Virus record (IMG/VR): IMGVR_UViG_3300027777_000031
Span: 1-64,000 of that record
DNA length: 64,000 bases
Direction: 5' to 3' (one strand)
Source of the DNA: a virus
The notes under the pieces are model-generated. The model worked only from the letters and a program-made list of their open reading frames with translations. It ran no database searches and was not told where the DNA came from. This document shows, piece by piece, positions 31,815 through 43,018 of the stretch (position 1 is the first letter of the stretch; each line of letters opens with the position of its first letter). Both the position numbers and the translations under genes were made by a program.

Positions 31815-32530
31815 AGATTCTCTTTAAGATTCTTAAGTTTGAAGTACGTAAGTTTATCGTATTTTTCAGAAATCACTTTTGAAATAGTTTCATCAATTCT
31901 TGTTTGCATTGATTTATCAGTGCTAGCATCTTTCATTTCCGTTAGTTTCGTAACCACGCTTTCTTTGATTGTATTATATTTTTCATTCAATGTTGAATCG
32001 TCTTCTGATAACAAATCAATTAATTCTTTTTTATCCGATTCATTTAAACCATCAATATAACTTTTGATAGTTTTGTTTGCAACACTTACCATAGTTGATA
32101 ATGGTAGGTCAATTCCTTCAGTTTTTGTGATTGGTAATTTTTTAAGAGATTCTGAAATAACTTTTCTACTTTTGATTTTAGATTCAATAGTTAAAACATC
32201 GTTAGAGAATAACGTATCAATATCTGTATAGTTATTTTCAACATTTTTATTTCCAACCCAAGCAACGATTTTGTTGATATCCGATTGTTTTATTTTGTTT
32301 ACAGTATTCTCGTAAAGTTTAATACTCTCATTGATATAATCGTTACAGTAAGATTCACTTAATGATTTTGGAGAACCCAATTCATCGTATAAGTAAAACA
32401 ACTTGCAAATGTTTTTATTTTCAATAACAAGTTTCTTAAATGTTTTTAATTCGTTTTTGAATGTGTCGTTAGCGTATGATTCTAATAACACATTTTCTAT
32501 TCTTGATTTTAGTAATCCAAAATTTTTCAT
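31811..32530 (-). CDS. Hypothetical head-module protein
   Basis: 239-aa helical ORF downstream of portal, with several L/I-x-E sites. Confidence 0.6.
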   Translation of the reverse strand: MKNFGLLKSRIENVLLESYANDTFKNELKTFKKLVIENKNICKLFYLYDELGSPKSLSESYCNDYINESIKLYENTVNKIKQSDINKIVAWVGNKNVENNYTDIDTLFSNDVLTIESKIKSRKVISESLKKLPITKTEGIDLPLSTMVSVANKTIKSYIDGLNESDKKELIDLLSEDDSTLNEKYNTIKESVVTKLTEMKDASTDKSMQTRIDETISKVISEKYDKLTYFKLKNLKENL

Positions 32531-32552
32531 ATCTAATTTTTATTATAAATAT

Positions 32553-34433
32553 CTAATCTTTTAGAAGTTTACCTAATTGTTCTTCAATATCTCCTAAAGA
32601 ATTTTTTCCTTTGGATAAATCAATGTATGATTCATCTTCGGTTAATGATGCACTCTCAACTAAAATTTTTAAATTATCTCTCTTAAATGACTCAGGAGTT
32701 ACTTCACCACCCGGTGCTGGTGCCGGAGCTTCAGGTGCCGGAGCTTCAGGTGCTCCTGCTTCAGGTGCTCCACCCGGTTCAGGTCCACCTAAACTTTCCA
32801 TTCCTCCTCCGAAGCCTCCTCCTCCACCAGGAGGTGGTGGTGGGGATGACGGTGCCGCTCCACCTGCAGTTGTACCTGAAGGAGCGTTACCGTATAATTT
32901 ATCAATATTATCAAAGATTCCCGTATGAGTAATAATAGTTGCGGTGTTTGCTAATTCAGCTCCTACAGCCATCTCAATTCTTTGTTGTTGTAAATCAAGT
33001 TTAATTTCCTCATCTGAGAATCCTAAAATATGTTTCTTAGCCCACGATACAGATACCGGAGCGATTCCCGCAATTGCTGCAACACCTTGTTGGTATAACG
33101 CAATTTTTTCTTTCCAAAGTTCAATTTTTAATAAATCGGCTTGTGATGATGGATTTGTTAACGCTAGTGTAAAGTTTGATAATTCATCTTCAAAACCTAA
33201 TAGAAATAAATGAATGATTGCAATTTTATTTAATTCAGCAATCATAGATTTTTGAATTTTATTAATTGTTCTTGCAAAACGAATATCCATTAAAGATAAA
33301 TTTTTACCATCACCAGCAGTTTCCTCAAAACCTAAGAACGCTTTTGGAACACGAAGTGCTGTTAATAATTTCTTTTGGATATATTCGATATCGGCAATTT
33401 CAGATAAGTTTGTTGCTCCCGGTAATGTATCAATTGGTGATGCGGCCGCTGGGTCTCTAACAGGAATAAAGTAATCTTGGTCAACGGCCATTTGATTAAA
33501 TCTCATATCCACATTACCTGTTTTAGAATCCACAACTTGGTCTCTTTTAAATTTGTTCGCCACACGTTGTACATACGCTTCAACATCTTTATCATCCATA
33601 TTCCCAACGAATACTTTGAATACACGTCTTTCAGGGGCTCTTGATGTTCTATAGATTAACATCGCGTCTTCAGACAACAATAATTGTTTCCAAATACGTC
33701 TTGCTTTTTCTAACATAGATGTTCCGTATGGGAGTTTTCTGTCATCACCTAATAATCTAAAGTGAGCAATCTCCCAAGAGTTGAACTCCATATCTTTGGC
33801 TTTCCATTTAAATCTTAGTCCTTTATTTTCCGCAGGTTCTTCAATATTTGCAGATTTGGCCGCCATACCTCTTTCCAAACGCTCAATTTCAATGTTTGGT
33901 AATTGCATACAACCAACAATACCTTTATCAGAATCCAATTTTAAATAAACAAAGTTATCACCATATTTACAAGTATTTCTTGTCCACATAGTTAAGTTTG
34001 TATTGATATCTAATACATTGTTAAATAAATCGGCTAGTATGGATTTTATTCTTTTTGATTCGGAATAAATTTGTAACATATAACCATTCTCATCAACAGT
34101 TGTTGATTCTTCACCATAAATGTCTAACGCCGCTGATATTTCAGGGGTATATTCCATTGACTCGTAATCATAGAATGAAGCTAAACGAGTTGGTTCATAA
34201 TAAACGGCTTGAGTATATAAGTTACTTTCAATTTTAGTCCATTGATTAGATAAATAAAAAGTTTGTTGAGCTTGTAATTTTTCTCTTTCATATTCGGCTT
34301 GAGAAGTAGTTTTTAATAACTCTTTTTTGTCAAGCTTATATGTTGGGTAGTCTTGATTTAATAGGGAATTTGGACCAAAGGCTCTTGATAACCTCTGCCA
34401 AACCGTTAAATCGTTATTTTGATTATTTTCCAT
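32553..34433 (-). CDS. Portal protein (T4 gp20-like)
   Basis: PEISAALDIY, YG-x-SMLE, EDAMLIYR-x-x-RAPERRVF, DYFIPVR, IDTLPG, DIEY, ALRVPK, DIRFARTI; G/P-rich tail. Confidence 0.95.
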   Translation of the reverse strand: MENNQNNDLTVWQRLSRAFGPNSLLNQDYPTYKLDKKELLKTTSQAEYEREKLQAQQTFYLSNQWTKIESNLYTQAVYYEPTRLASFYDYESMEYTPEISAALDIYGEESTTVDENGYMLQIYSESKRIKSILADLFNNVLDINTNLTMWTRNTCKYGDNFVYLKLDSDKGIVGCMQLPNIEIERLERGMAAKSANIEEPAENKGLRFKWKAKDMEFNSWEIAHFRLLGDDRKLPYGTSMLEKARRIWKQLLLSEDAMLIYRTSRAPERRVFKVFVGNMDDKDVEAYVQRVANKFKRDQVVDSKTGNVDMRFNQMAVDQDYFIPVRDPAAASPIDTLPGATNLSEIADIEYIQKKLLTALRVPKAFLGFEETAGDGKNLSLMDIRFARTINKIQKSMIAELNKIAIIHLFLLGFEDELSNFTLALTNPSSQADLLKIELWKEKIALYQQGVAAIAGIAPVSVSWAKKHILGFSDEEIKLDLQQQRIEMAVGAELANTATIITHTGIFDNIDKLYGNAPSGTTAGGAAPSSPPPPPGGGGGFGGGMESLGGPEPGGAPEAGAPEAPAPEAPAPAPGGEVTPESFKRDNLKILVESASLTEDESYIDLSKGKNSLGDIEEQLGKLLKD

Positions 34434-34545
34434 ATTATAAATTTAATTATATTTTTTCTTATATAAATACTTGATAATTCTACATTCCACTTCCGTCATA
34501 ATTATCGGTTGTTAATATTTCTAAAATTGTTCCGTTATAAAAAAG

Positions 34546-36204
34546 TTAATCTTTTATTAATCTCACTGAGAGTCCATTAGCTTTACTAATTACACTACTA
34601 TTGATATTAGTACTATTATAAGCAATATATCGGTAATAAGCGAATGTTAATATAAAGTCTGTTGAACTCCACCATAATCCCTGATTATTAATAAGGTTAA
34701 AGGATGTTGTACGTATTCCTCCACCAAACGCTGAAAATCCGCTAGAATTAGTTGCCTGATTAGGTGTTAACCAATGACAACCACCCGTTTCTTTCATTGC
34801 TCCACCAGCAGGACTTATTCCTCCTAAATAATTTACAAGAGTTGTCCATTCGGTATCAGAAGGAATGTGATAACCGGTTGGGGCCAACCCTCTTGGGTCA
34901 GTTACCGCATACCAATTGTATAATTTTCCGTAAGTTGTTCCTGTAACCGAATCATTGTTATAGTAACACCAAGCACCTGTGGTTAAATTATTCCAAGTTG
35001 TTTGGTCAGTAACTTGAGGAATTACATCACCGTTACGATAAGTTGTTACATCTAAATTACATTTTGACCACGTTTGAGTCCCAATTGTTATATCCTGTAC
35101 CGTACAATTTGGGCACGGATTTAATGTCGGTGTAGGTGTAGGTGTTTTAGTAAGTGTAGGTGTAGGTGTTTGAGTCGGAGTTAAAGTATTCGTTGGTGTA
35201 AGTGTTGGCGTAGGTGTAGGTGTTGGTGTGTTTGTATTTGTAGGTGTCATTGTAGGTGTCATTGTAGGTGTAGTACTTGGTGTTGGTGTGTTAGTACTTG
35301 TTTGAGTAGGCGTTGGTGTTTGAGTCGGAGTTAAAGTATTCGTTGGTGTAAGTGTTGGCGTAACCGTAGGAGTAACCGTAGGAGTTGGCGTAGTAGTTGG
35401 TGTAGAAGTAATCGTAGGTGTTGGTGTTGGTGTTAATGTAGGTGTTATTGTTGGAGTAGGTGTTGGGGTAGGGCAAATAAACGTACCACAAGCAGGAATA
35501 TCGTCAAAATTTGTTATTATTGTTATTATACCATCCACAACTGTTACGACATAAAGAGGTGGTGTATATATATCCGGATTTGAGGGGTATGAATTAGGTC
35601 CATACACATAATTACCTGTGAATATTTCCGGAATCCCAAATGAATTGTAAAATTGTGTTCCAACATTAAAACCAATCTTTGAATAATAATAAAACTCAGA
35701 CCCATTTACTTGGACTAAAGGATTAAAGGCTTTAGTAAAGTAACATTTTACATCACCAACCCCTAACGAACTAAAATTCCAATTTAGTACCCCGCAAATC
35801 GTAGCACTATACGATAAAATCACAATTGAGTATGTAGGTATAAATGTTGGTGTAATACTTGGTGTTGGTGTTATAGTTTGAGTTGGAGTAAGTGTTGGAG
35901 TAAGTGTTGGCGTAATAGTTGGTGTAGGTGTTGGAGTCGGAGGATTACCTTCACTTATAGAACTAGGTTTAGGAAAATGTTTTGTAATGTTAAGGTTATC
36001 TCCATTTTTAACATTAAAAATCCCTTGACCATTCACATTAAGTTTTGAGCCCGCAATAATATTACCTGATTTTTTTCTACTAACAAAATCACCCCCCTTA
36101 AAATTGTTTTGAACAATTACTTGGTTTGGTTTTGTTTCTTGTGTTAAATCTAGATTTATACTAACTGGAACTTCAATACTTCTCTTTCTATCTGAGATAC
36201 CCAT
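34546..36204 (-). CDS. Pro-Thr repeat protein with C-terminal Fibrobacter succinogenes major paralogous (FISUMP) domain
   Basis: IGTQTW-x-x-CNLDV-x-x-YRNGD, [11 protein letters not shown]-x-GYHIPSD-x-EW, [21 protein letters not shown]; long TPTP tracts. Confidence 0.85.
   Translation of the reverse strand: MGISDRKRSIEVPVSINLDLTQETKPNQVIVQNNFKGGDFVSRKKSGNIIAGSKLNVNGQGIFNVKNGDNLNITKHFPKPSSISEGNPPTPTPTPTITPTLTPTLTPTQTITPTPSITPTFIPTYSIVILSYSATICGVLNWNFSSLGVGDVKCYFTKAFNPLVQVNGSEFYYYSKIGFNVGTQFYNSFGIPEIFTGNYVYGPNSYPSNPDIYTPPLYVVTVVDGIITIITNFDDIPACGTFICPTPTPTPTITPTLTPTPTPTITSTPTTTPTPTVTPTVTPTLTPTNTLTPTQTPTPTQTSTNTPTPSTTPTMTPTMTPTNTNTPTPTPTPTLTPTNTLTPTQTPTPTLTKTPTPTPTLNPCPNCTVQDITIGTQTWSKCNLDVTTYRNGDVIPQVTDQTTWNNLTTGAWCYYNNDSVTGTTYGKLYNWYAVTDPRGLAPTGYHIPSDTEWTTLVNYLGGISPAGGAMKETGGCHWLTPNQATNSSGFSAFGGGIRTTSFNLINNQGLWWSSTDFILTFAYYRYIAYNSTNINSSVISKANGLSVRLIKD
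35125..35470 (-). repeat. Mucin-like (TP)n coding repeat
   Basis: About 115 aa of TPTPT/TPTxT; a shorter tract lies near 35840-35945. Confidence 0.85.
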
Positions 36205-36227
36205 TTATTCTTTTTAAATAAATATTA

Positions 36228-37994
36228 TCACATACCAAATAACCAACCATATTTTTGATAATCTTCACGACTAACTTGTTGGCTACCAAATTGATTAATT
36301 CTATCTTGGTAATGTGGAATAACAGGGTCAAAATTAATATTCTCTTTAATTGCTTCATTATTACTCACAGACCAAGAATCAATCATTGCTTTGGTTTGTT
36401 CGGTAACCTTACTTAATTTACTAAAAGAAGATTCTGCGACGTAAGTTGCCATCGCAATTGACATAATTAAGTCATCGTGATGTCCTTTTTGGTGGTCAGG
36501 ACGACCATTGATATAAACAAAGGTATTCATCTCGTTGTATAAACGAGCACTATAAATTCTAAATTTATGTCTCATCACTTCTTCAAATGACGCAATAATT
36601 TGAACCCTTTTATTGTTAAAATTTATTCCAGGAATTTTATCCATTGCTTTTGGGTCATATTTCCATTTGTTTGATAAATCAAGACCATCAACATATAAAT
36701 CCCGATAATTCATTTCTTGTAGTTTTCTGGCGGTTGAAACACCCATTCCACCGGTGATATCAATAACCACAAAACAAGAATATATTGTCGCCCATTTATG
36801 ACAAATTTCCGCCATTGTATCAGGAGGTAATTTTCCCACATATTCCGCAACTTGTTCCTGAGTATCAAAATCTATAATTTGAAATGAACTAAAATCTTCA
36901 GAATCCCCACGGGAAACATCGACACCCATAATATATTTGTGACCAACAACCGGTTCTTTCCAAATCCAAAGAGCGTTACCCATCATTTTACTAATAGGTT
37001 CAAGAACCATATTTTCACGAATATTTTGCATCATAAGAGAATCAAATACATTATCTCCGGAACCTAAGAAGTTACATTCCAACTCCTGAGATACTTTACG
37101 TTTATCGTATTTTAATTTCTTTACCATCGCCTCAAACCAAGATGAACAGGGTTTGTATCCGTCAGCCATTAGTAATTTAACATCATCAAAGTTTCTTGCA
37201 TCATATGATTTACTACCCCAATCAATAAAATCATTAGGGTTATATTCTTCTTTGTTTAATAAATAATGGATTATGTTTTCCGTTTTAACAAAATATAAAT
37301 CTTTTGTATATCTAGGGTCTCTATACCAAAACATCTCCGTAATTTTGAAGTCATTCATATTACGTAACGCTTGGTCATATATTTCATAGTAAATTGGGTC
37401 ATATCCGTTAGGTGTTGAAACCACAATTACTTTACCCCCCGTAGATAGGGATGCCATACAGGCAGACCAGAAATCACTATCGGCTTCAATAAACGCAGCC
37501 TCGTCAAATACAAGTATGGTAGGTGTAAATCCACGTAACGCATCCTTAGATGTTGCAACGGCTTTAACCTCACACCCGTTTGTTAATTTATAGTGTCTTT
37601 GGGAATTTTTTGATTTATCAAAATCTACACCGGTCCAAGATGGCCATTGACCAACAAAGGATTTAATTTTGTTTGCCATCTCCAATGAAGTATCCAACTT
37701 ATTGGCGATAATCAATATTTTCTCGGGAGTTTCTTTTCTTGCAAATACTAGTTTTTTAGACATCCAAGCCGCGGTAACGGTTGATACCCCGGCCTGTCTG
37801 TATTTTAATGCAATGTTTTCGTTGTAGTTTTCGTAATCATCTAATAGAGTAATTTGGTCAGGGAAAAGTTCCAATGGAACATATTTTTTCACCGTGTTAT
37901 CATAAGTTTCTAAATACGTTCTTAATGCGTATTCAGTATCTCTATTACATTTTACGTACTCTATTAGTACTTGTTCTCTTGTTAAATTCGACAT
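36228..37994 (-). CDS. Terminase large subunit (T4 gp17-like)
   Basis: KYRQAGVST Walker A, LVFDEAAF Walker B, VSTPNG, QELECNF, GVDVSRG, HHDDLIMS. Confidence 0.95.
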   Translation of the reverse strand: MSNLTREQVLIEYVKCNRDTEYALRTYLETYDNTVKKYVPLELFPDQITLLDDYENYNENIALKYRQAGVSTVTAAWMSKKLVFARKETPEKILIIANKLDTSLEMANKIKSFVGQWPSWTGVDFDKSKNSQRHYKLTNGCEVKAVATSKDALRGFTPTILVFDEAAFIEADSDFWSACMASLSTGGKVIVVSTPNGYDPIYYEIYDQALRNMNDFKITEMFWYRDPRYTKDLYFVKTENIIHYLLNKEEYNPNDFIDWGSKSYDARNFDDVKLLMADGYKPCSSWFEAMVKKLKYDKRKVSQELECNFLGSGDNVFDSLMMQNIRENMVLEPISKMMGNALWIWKEPVVGHKYIMGVDVSRGDSEDFSSFQIIDFDTQEQVAEYVGKLPPDTMAEICHKWATIYSCFVVIDITGGMGVSTARKLQEMNYRDLYVDGLDLSNKWKYDPKAMDKIPGINFNNKRVQIIASFEEVMRHKFRIYSARLYNEMNTFVYINGRPDHQKGHHDDLIMSIAMATYVAESSFSKLSKVTEQTKAMIDSWSVSNNEAIKENINFDPVIPHYQDRINQFGSQQVSREDYQKYGWLFGM

Positions 37995-38015
37995 ACATAA
38001 TGTTGTCGGTAATTT

Positions 38016-39404
38016 TTAGAATCCTAACGAAGATAAATCAATATCGTCTAAGTCATCTAAGTCATCAAATCCGTAATCTCCATAATTTTCACTATCATCC
38101 TCATCATCTTCGTCATCGGACATTTTTGTTTCGTATTCGTGTTTTTTAAGGATTTCAACGATTTCGTTAACCATTCTATTTATTACCTCTTTTGCTTCTG
38201 GTTTATCGGCTATAATAGCTTTTGCTAATACCATAAAATCTTTTGCCTCTAATTGAGACAATTTCATAAATAAATATTGTTGAAGGTGTCTTTGGTCGTC
38301 TTCATATAATTTGTCAGGCCAAGCCTCTCTAAATTTTTCCCAAAATATTGGTCCTAATCTTGAATCCCATATTTCTGCCGGTAACGTATCTTCAGCACCA
38401 ACAACCATACTTCTTTGAACTGGGTCGTTTGGTAAGCCTTGGTCACCATATAATGAATAAATACCTTTAACTATTTCGTGAACTAATAACGGAAATGTAA
38501 ATGCCTTTGCTTTAATTGTTGGTGGGTCAGTTTCAGGGTCAGATTCTGATTGTCCCATTTGACCACCACCTGAACCAGCCATACCTTCCATATCAGGGTA
38601 TAACCAATATAAGTGTTCCATTAGTGATTGTGTTACACCATATAAATTTAATAAGTTTGGACTTAATCTATTTATTTCATCACTAACTAAAGTATACATA
38701 TGACCACCTTTAAATGCCGCTCCTTGAACTAATGAATTAATCAATCTTCTTTTTGCTTTTTCTAAATTGAATTTTTCCATAGAATCCATAAAGTCTTCCA
38801 TTTCTTCTTGGTGTTCTTCACTTTCTTTGAAAGCTTCTTCCACATCTTCTTCATCCGGTTGTTCTGGTTGGGTTTGCATTCCTTCAGACGCCCCCATTGG
38901 TCCATTAACCAATTCTACATCAAATTGTAATTGTCCTTCAGGAATACCTAATTCTTTTTTAACTAAATCAACCGCTAAGTTTTCAAGATATTCTTTATTC
39001 TGAACTTCAACTCTTTTAATTTGTTGTAAACTATTCATTACAGAACTCATTAATCCCATCATAGGATTATTCCCCTGAATTGGTGTAGTATCACCTAAAA
39101 ATCTTCTTACTTTATCAACAGAGTCTTTAAATCTTTGAGAAGACATCATTTCAACAAAATCTCTATCCCCTTCTTGAGGTAATGCAGGATGTTCTGCGTA
39201 TGGAGTTCTTTTTTGATTGATTTGATTTTCAATTCCCGGTTCCATTCTTTCAGGTCCTTCATAACTAACAGGTGCCTCATTTAAACGACGATTAATTTCG
39301 TTTAACATAGTTTGTTGGTTATTAGTTAAACCTTCGTTAACTAATTTTTTATCTAAGTCACTTTTGACTTTCAATATTTTATCCATTTTTAAATTTGCAC
39401 TCAT
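38016..39404 (-). CDS. Hypothetical protein, possibly internal head protein
   Basis: 462-aa ORF with LVNE/LNEA sites near the N-terminus and an acidic tail. Confidence 0.55.
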   Translation of the reverse strand: MSANLKMDKILKVKSDLDKKLVNEGLTNNQQTMLNEINRRLNEAPVSYEGPERMEPGIENQINQKRTPYAEHPALPQEGDRDFVEMMSSQRFKDSVDKVRRFLGDTTPIQGNNPMMGLMSSVMNSLQQIKRVEVQNKEYLENLAVDLVKKELGIPEGQLQFDVELVNGPMGASEGMQTQPEQPDEEDVEEAFKESEEHQEEMEDFMDSMEKFNLEKAKRRLINSLVQGAAFKGGHMYTLVSDEINRLSPNLLNLYGVTQSLMEHLYWLYPDMEGMAGSGGGQMGQSESDPETDPPTIKAKAFTFPLLVHEIVKGIYSLYGDQGLPNDPVQRSMVVGAEDTLPAEIWDSRLGPIFWEKFREAWPDKLYEDDQRHLQQYLFMKLSQLEAKDFMVLAKAIIADKPEAKEVINRMVNEIVEILKKHEYETKMSDDEDDEDDSENYGDYGFDDLDDLDDIDLSSLGF

Positions 39405-39406
39405 AA

Positions 39407-40405
39407 TTATTTTTGATTAAGACCTAACGAATTAAATTTTAAAAAACTTGGTAATTCTCTTTTAATTGCCTTTGGAGCCCCTTGTTTACTTGGGTCCGGA
39501 GCAAAAGGATGTTTTGGAGTTGTATTTGGTCTAACCTTTGGTTTTGCCGGAGCAACTTCAGTATTTTCACCCATTTCTTTTTTCATAGCCTTTGGTGCAC
39601 CTTTTTTTTCCGGGTCCGGTTGGAACGGGTGTTTTGGTTTTGTTCCTGGACTAACCTTTGGTTTTGCCGGAGCTGTTTTTGTGTCACCTTCTAAAAGATT
39701 TTGAAAATCTTTTTTAGACATTTTTGGTGTGATGTGTTTTTCTACAAGTCTCATAATTTCTTTCTCAATTTTACTTTCTCCCATAGTAAGACCTGGTTTC
39801 ATTTGAGTCAGTTTAGCTTTACCAAGTTTAGTTAAAGCTCCCCCAACCATATCCATATAACTTTCTTTTGTCTCTTTTTTCTTTTCAGGAAGTTTGGCAA
39901 AGTTAGTCTTTTCTGCGAACTCATCAGCCATTTTACACCATTTTTTTTGTTCTTTTGTTTTTCCGTCACCACATTTAGCAAAGAAATATTTTTGTTGTTT
40001 TTTTGACTCAAATTTTTCGTCAATTTCTTTTTCCTCCATCATACCTGAACCGTCTTGATAATTTTCAAACCCATCATCAGTGCTTGGACCTTTTTGAATT
40101 GGGTCTTGAGTAGTTCCCCCTTTAGATTCATCATCTTTATCAAGTTCAATATCAGTTTGTTCATTAGGCATAGCCATAAAAGTCCCATCAGGATTTTTCT
40201 TTACATTATATCCTTTAGGTGTTGCAGGTAAATTACCACCTTTTTCTCCGACTTTATACGCTGTTTTAGCCGGTTCTGTTACGGGAGTGATTTGTTCTTG
40301 TAATTTACTAAATAATAAATCAACCTGACTATCAGTCATTTTATTTAGAGTTGAGGCTTTGATACCTTCTTTCACTAGTTTCAATTTTTTTTGATTAGTG
40401 TTCAT
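39407..40405 (-). CDS. Lys/Pro-rich hypothetical protein with duplicated APAKPKV...KHPF-x-PDP...GAPKA motif
   Basis: Start placed at MNTNQKK to avoid a long overlap; the motif occurs twice near the C-terminus. Confidence 0.55.
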   Translation of the reverse strand: MNTNQKKLKLVKEGIKASTLNKMTDSQVDLLFSKLQEQITPVTEPAKTAYKVGEKGGNLPATPKGYNVKKNPDGTFMAMPNEQTDIELDKDDESKGGTTQDPIQKGPSTDDGFENYQDGSGMMEEKEIDEKFESKKQQKYFFAKCGDGKTKEQKKWCKMADEFAEKTNFAKLPEKKKETKESYMDMVGGALTKLGKAKLTQMKPGLTMGESKIEKEIMRLVEKHITPKMSKKDFQNLLEGDTKTAPAKPKVSPGTKPKHPFQPDPEKKGAPKAMKKEMGENTEVAPAKPKVRPNTTPKHPFAPDPSKQGAPKAIKRELPSFLKFNSLGLNQK

Positions 40406-40805
40406 ATTCAATTGTTTTTTCAAATTCCAATACGATATCTCTTTCGTATAATTTATCTTTGACTGATTGTTCTGTTTCACCAAACTTGAAAACCAATCTT
40501 TTTTGACGAGTGAAATCAACATCTTCACTTTCGTTTTCCCAACATAATGCGATTATATCATCCATTGAATCTATCATCGAAAAATAGTCAGAGTTTTGAA
40601 TTACTGACATTGTGATTTGGTCATTCTTCAAAACTCCTACTTTTTTAATATGTTCTATGTCCGGTGGAAGTGGATAACCATTTGATGGTTTTGACTCCCA
40701 AGCTTCACCCCAAACATCTTCAGAACTATCCGAGAAAATAAATTCATATATGTTATCACCCTTATAGTTAGGACCTAATTCATTAACATATATTAAATAA
40801 CTCAT
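40395..40805 (-). CDS. Hypothetical protein
   Basis: 136-aa ORF coupled to its neighbours. Confidence 0.6.
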   Translation of the reverse strand: MSYLIYVNELGPNYKGDNIYEFIFSDSSEDVWGEAWESKPSNGYPLPPDIEHIKKVGVLKNDQITMSVIQNSDYFSMIDSMDDIIALCWENESEDVDFTRQKRLVFKFGETEQSVKDKLYERDIVLEFEKTIEYEH

Positions 40806-42166
40806 TAGATTATCTGACCTTTTGTATTAACTCTTAATTGTTCGTCATTCATTTCAAATACCAAGTTTTGTTTGTTTGTTTTCCCAACCAATTTAGCGTT
40901 TGGATATTTTTCCATTAATTTTCTTGCACCAACTTCTTGAGAAATACTTTCAGATAATTGTTTGATTTTATTAATTTTAGCTTTTTTACTTTCAGTAACT
41001 AATTTAGCTTGTCTTTTTTTAGATTCTAATAATTTTTTTTCTTTATTATCTATTTTAAAGTAACCTTCGATAATTTTATCAACCTTAGATTCTGAAAAAA
41101 TTCCTTCAATCATATCTTCAATATGACCTGCGTGATGAGGTTCAATATGTGGATGGTGTAAACTTCTATGTTTTGGGTGTCTTGGTTTAGAATCACCATT
41201 ATCCCATTTTGTTTTATATGATGGCATATCATCAGGAATACCTAAACCGTCGTATTCATCTTCATCAAAATCGTCAAAATCACCAAATCCTTGAGGCATT
41301 TCACCTTCAGGTTCCATACCTAATTCATCGTCACTAATACCTTCTTCTCCGGTTGGTTCTTCACCACCTTCTTCATCAGGGTTAAAATCACCCATACCTT
41401 CTTCTTCAGCCCCTTCAATTTTGTCAACAATCTCTTCTTTATCATCTTCGTCCATAGATTCTAAATCTAACGCCGATAAAATTGAGTTGATAACGTATTT
41501 TGAATCTTTAGAAGTCATTTCATCTTTACCTTCTTCAGTTTCTTGGAACGCTCTTAATTTTTGAGCTAACTTACCTGTTAATTTTTGAATAGATTTTAAA
41601 GTAACTTCTTCATTATCATCATCTTCAACATCTACATCTACATCAACATCTTCAGGAGCCGGAGCCGGTTCTTGTTCAGGTGCTGGTGCAGGTGCCGGAG
41701 ATGGTGCAGGTGCCGGAGCAGGTGCAGGTGCCGGAGCTGGCGCCGCTTGTTCTGATGTTTCACCACCATTCATTTTTAAAATATACTTAGTAGCCTCTTG
41801 AGGACTTTCGTAAAATAAATTAACATTCTTTTCGTTACCTTCATTAACATTAACTTCTTTAGCAACTAAATTAAGTCTTTTTAATGCTTGAGAATATGAT
41901 GAATAGTATTTTCTATTTTTCATAGGCTCCATATAATCAAACTCATTAGTTGATTCAGTTAAACTACACTTAAGTACATATCCACTTTTTTCTTTATCAA
42001 TTTTATAAGTTTTACCATTAGCTAAAACTTTAGTATATTCAGTAGATTTATCCTCATTAATTGGCGTAGGTATATTTTCTTTGTATCTAGCGATTTCCAT
42101 AATACGTTGGATTTTATCCATTCCTTGTAGTTTTTCGCTACCAACCGGTCTTAAATTGTTTCCCAT
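40805..42166 (-). CDS. Acidic (PA)n-containing hypothetical protein, possibly prohead-associated
   Basis: Low-complexity linker, many I/L-x-E sites, upstream TATTTAT. Confidence 0.55.
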   Translation of the reverse strand: MGNNLRPVGSEKLQGMDKIQRIMEIARYKENIPTPINEDKSTEYTKVLANGKTYKIDKEKSGYVLKCSLTESTNEFDYMEPMKNRKYYSSYSQALKRLNLVAKEVNVNEGNEKNVNLFYESPQEATKYILKMNGGETSEQAAPAPAPAPAPAPAPSPAPAPAPEQEPAPAPEDVDVDVDVEDDDNEEVTLKSIQKLTGKLAQKLRAFQETEEGKDEMTSKDSKYVINSILSALDLESMDEDDKEEIVDKIEGAEEEGMGDFNPDEEGGEEPTGEEGISDDELGMEPEGEMPQGFGDFDDFDEDEYDGLGIPDDMPSYKTKWDNGDSKPRHPKHRSLHHPHIEPHHAGHIEDMIEGIFSESKVDKIIEGYFKIDNKEKKLLESKKRQAKLVTESKKAKINKIKQLSESISQEVGARKLMEKYPNAKLVGKTNKQNLVFEMNDEQLRVNTKGQII

Positions 42167-42250
42167 TTTATATGTTTTTGTTTGGAATTATTTTATATAT
42201 AAATATGTTCAGAATTAAAAATGTTATAATTCTGAATGGTTTATTGTTAA

Positions 42251-42988
42251 TTATATTGATTTTTCCTTTAAAGAAAGTTTTTTATCTTGATACTCATTTT
42301 GAAAATCAAATAGTTTTTGAATATAACCATTTCTTCTCAAAACTTTAAATACCAAATTTTCATCAGACATTTCCCCACCATCTTCAAGACCAGCAGTTCT
42401 ATATTTTTTTAATTTATCTTTAACTTTATTAATACTATCCATACCGGATTCTATTGATTTGTCATCTGAATCCTCAATTACCTCATCAATAATTTTCATC
42501 CAATGTTTAGATTTATTTTGAATAAGTTCCGTATCAATTTCAACGTCTTCTTTTTTAGGTTTGGTTTTCCACTCATCAAATAAAACAGAATACTCACCAC
42601 TACTAAAATGTGCCTCAACATCATTTTGAACATAAAGTTCCACATCATAACCATAGATTTTGATATTGTGTTTGTCGTTAAATAAAGCTTTTTTTAATTT
42701 GAAAAGTTCTTCATATAATGGAAGTTCTTTTTCTGAGAATTGGTCAAAGTCCGCAATTAAGTGTAAATCAACATCGGAATATTGTGACCAATTGTAATTG
42801 GCTAACGAACCTGTCATAACAACATCTGATATTACAACATCAACACCTAAAAATTCAATGAACTCGTATGCGATTTGTAATAGACGTTCTCTAACCTTAG
42901 AAGACATTTTATCAGACGATTCCCAAATCTTTGGATTTAGTTCGTCCTGTAAATGAAAACTAGATAATATACTTTTTAGATTACTCAT
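42251..42988 (-). CDS. Nucleotidyltransferase (pol-beta superfamily)
   Basis: MTGS-x-ANYNW-x-x-YSDVDLH motif plus DVELY. Confidence 0.8.
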   Translation of the reverse strand: MSNLKSILSSFHLQDELNPKIWESSDKMSSKVRERLLQIAYEFIEFLGVDVVISDVVMTGSLANYNWSQYSDVDLHLIADFDQFSEKELPLYEELFKLKKALFNDKHNIKIYGYDVELYVQNDVEAHFSSGEYSVLFDEWKTKPKKEDVEIDTELIQNKSKHWMKIIDEVIEDSDDKSIESGMDSINKVKDKLKKYRTAGLEDGGEMSDENLVFKVLRRNGYIQKLFDFQNEYQDKKLSLKEKSI

Positions 42989-43018
42989 TAACTATAAATA
43001 CTTAAATATCTATAATTG

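Noticed and set aside
28923-33460. Antisense and alternate-frame ORFs over the scaffold and portal genes (e.g. 29589-29927, 32611-32928)
   Set aside because: They are shadows of low-complexity acidic or G/P-rich coding sequence.
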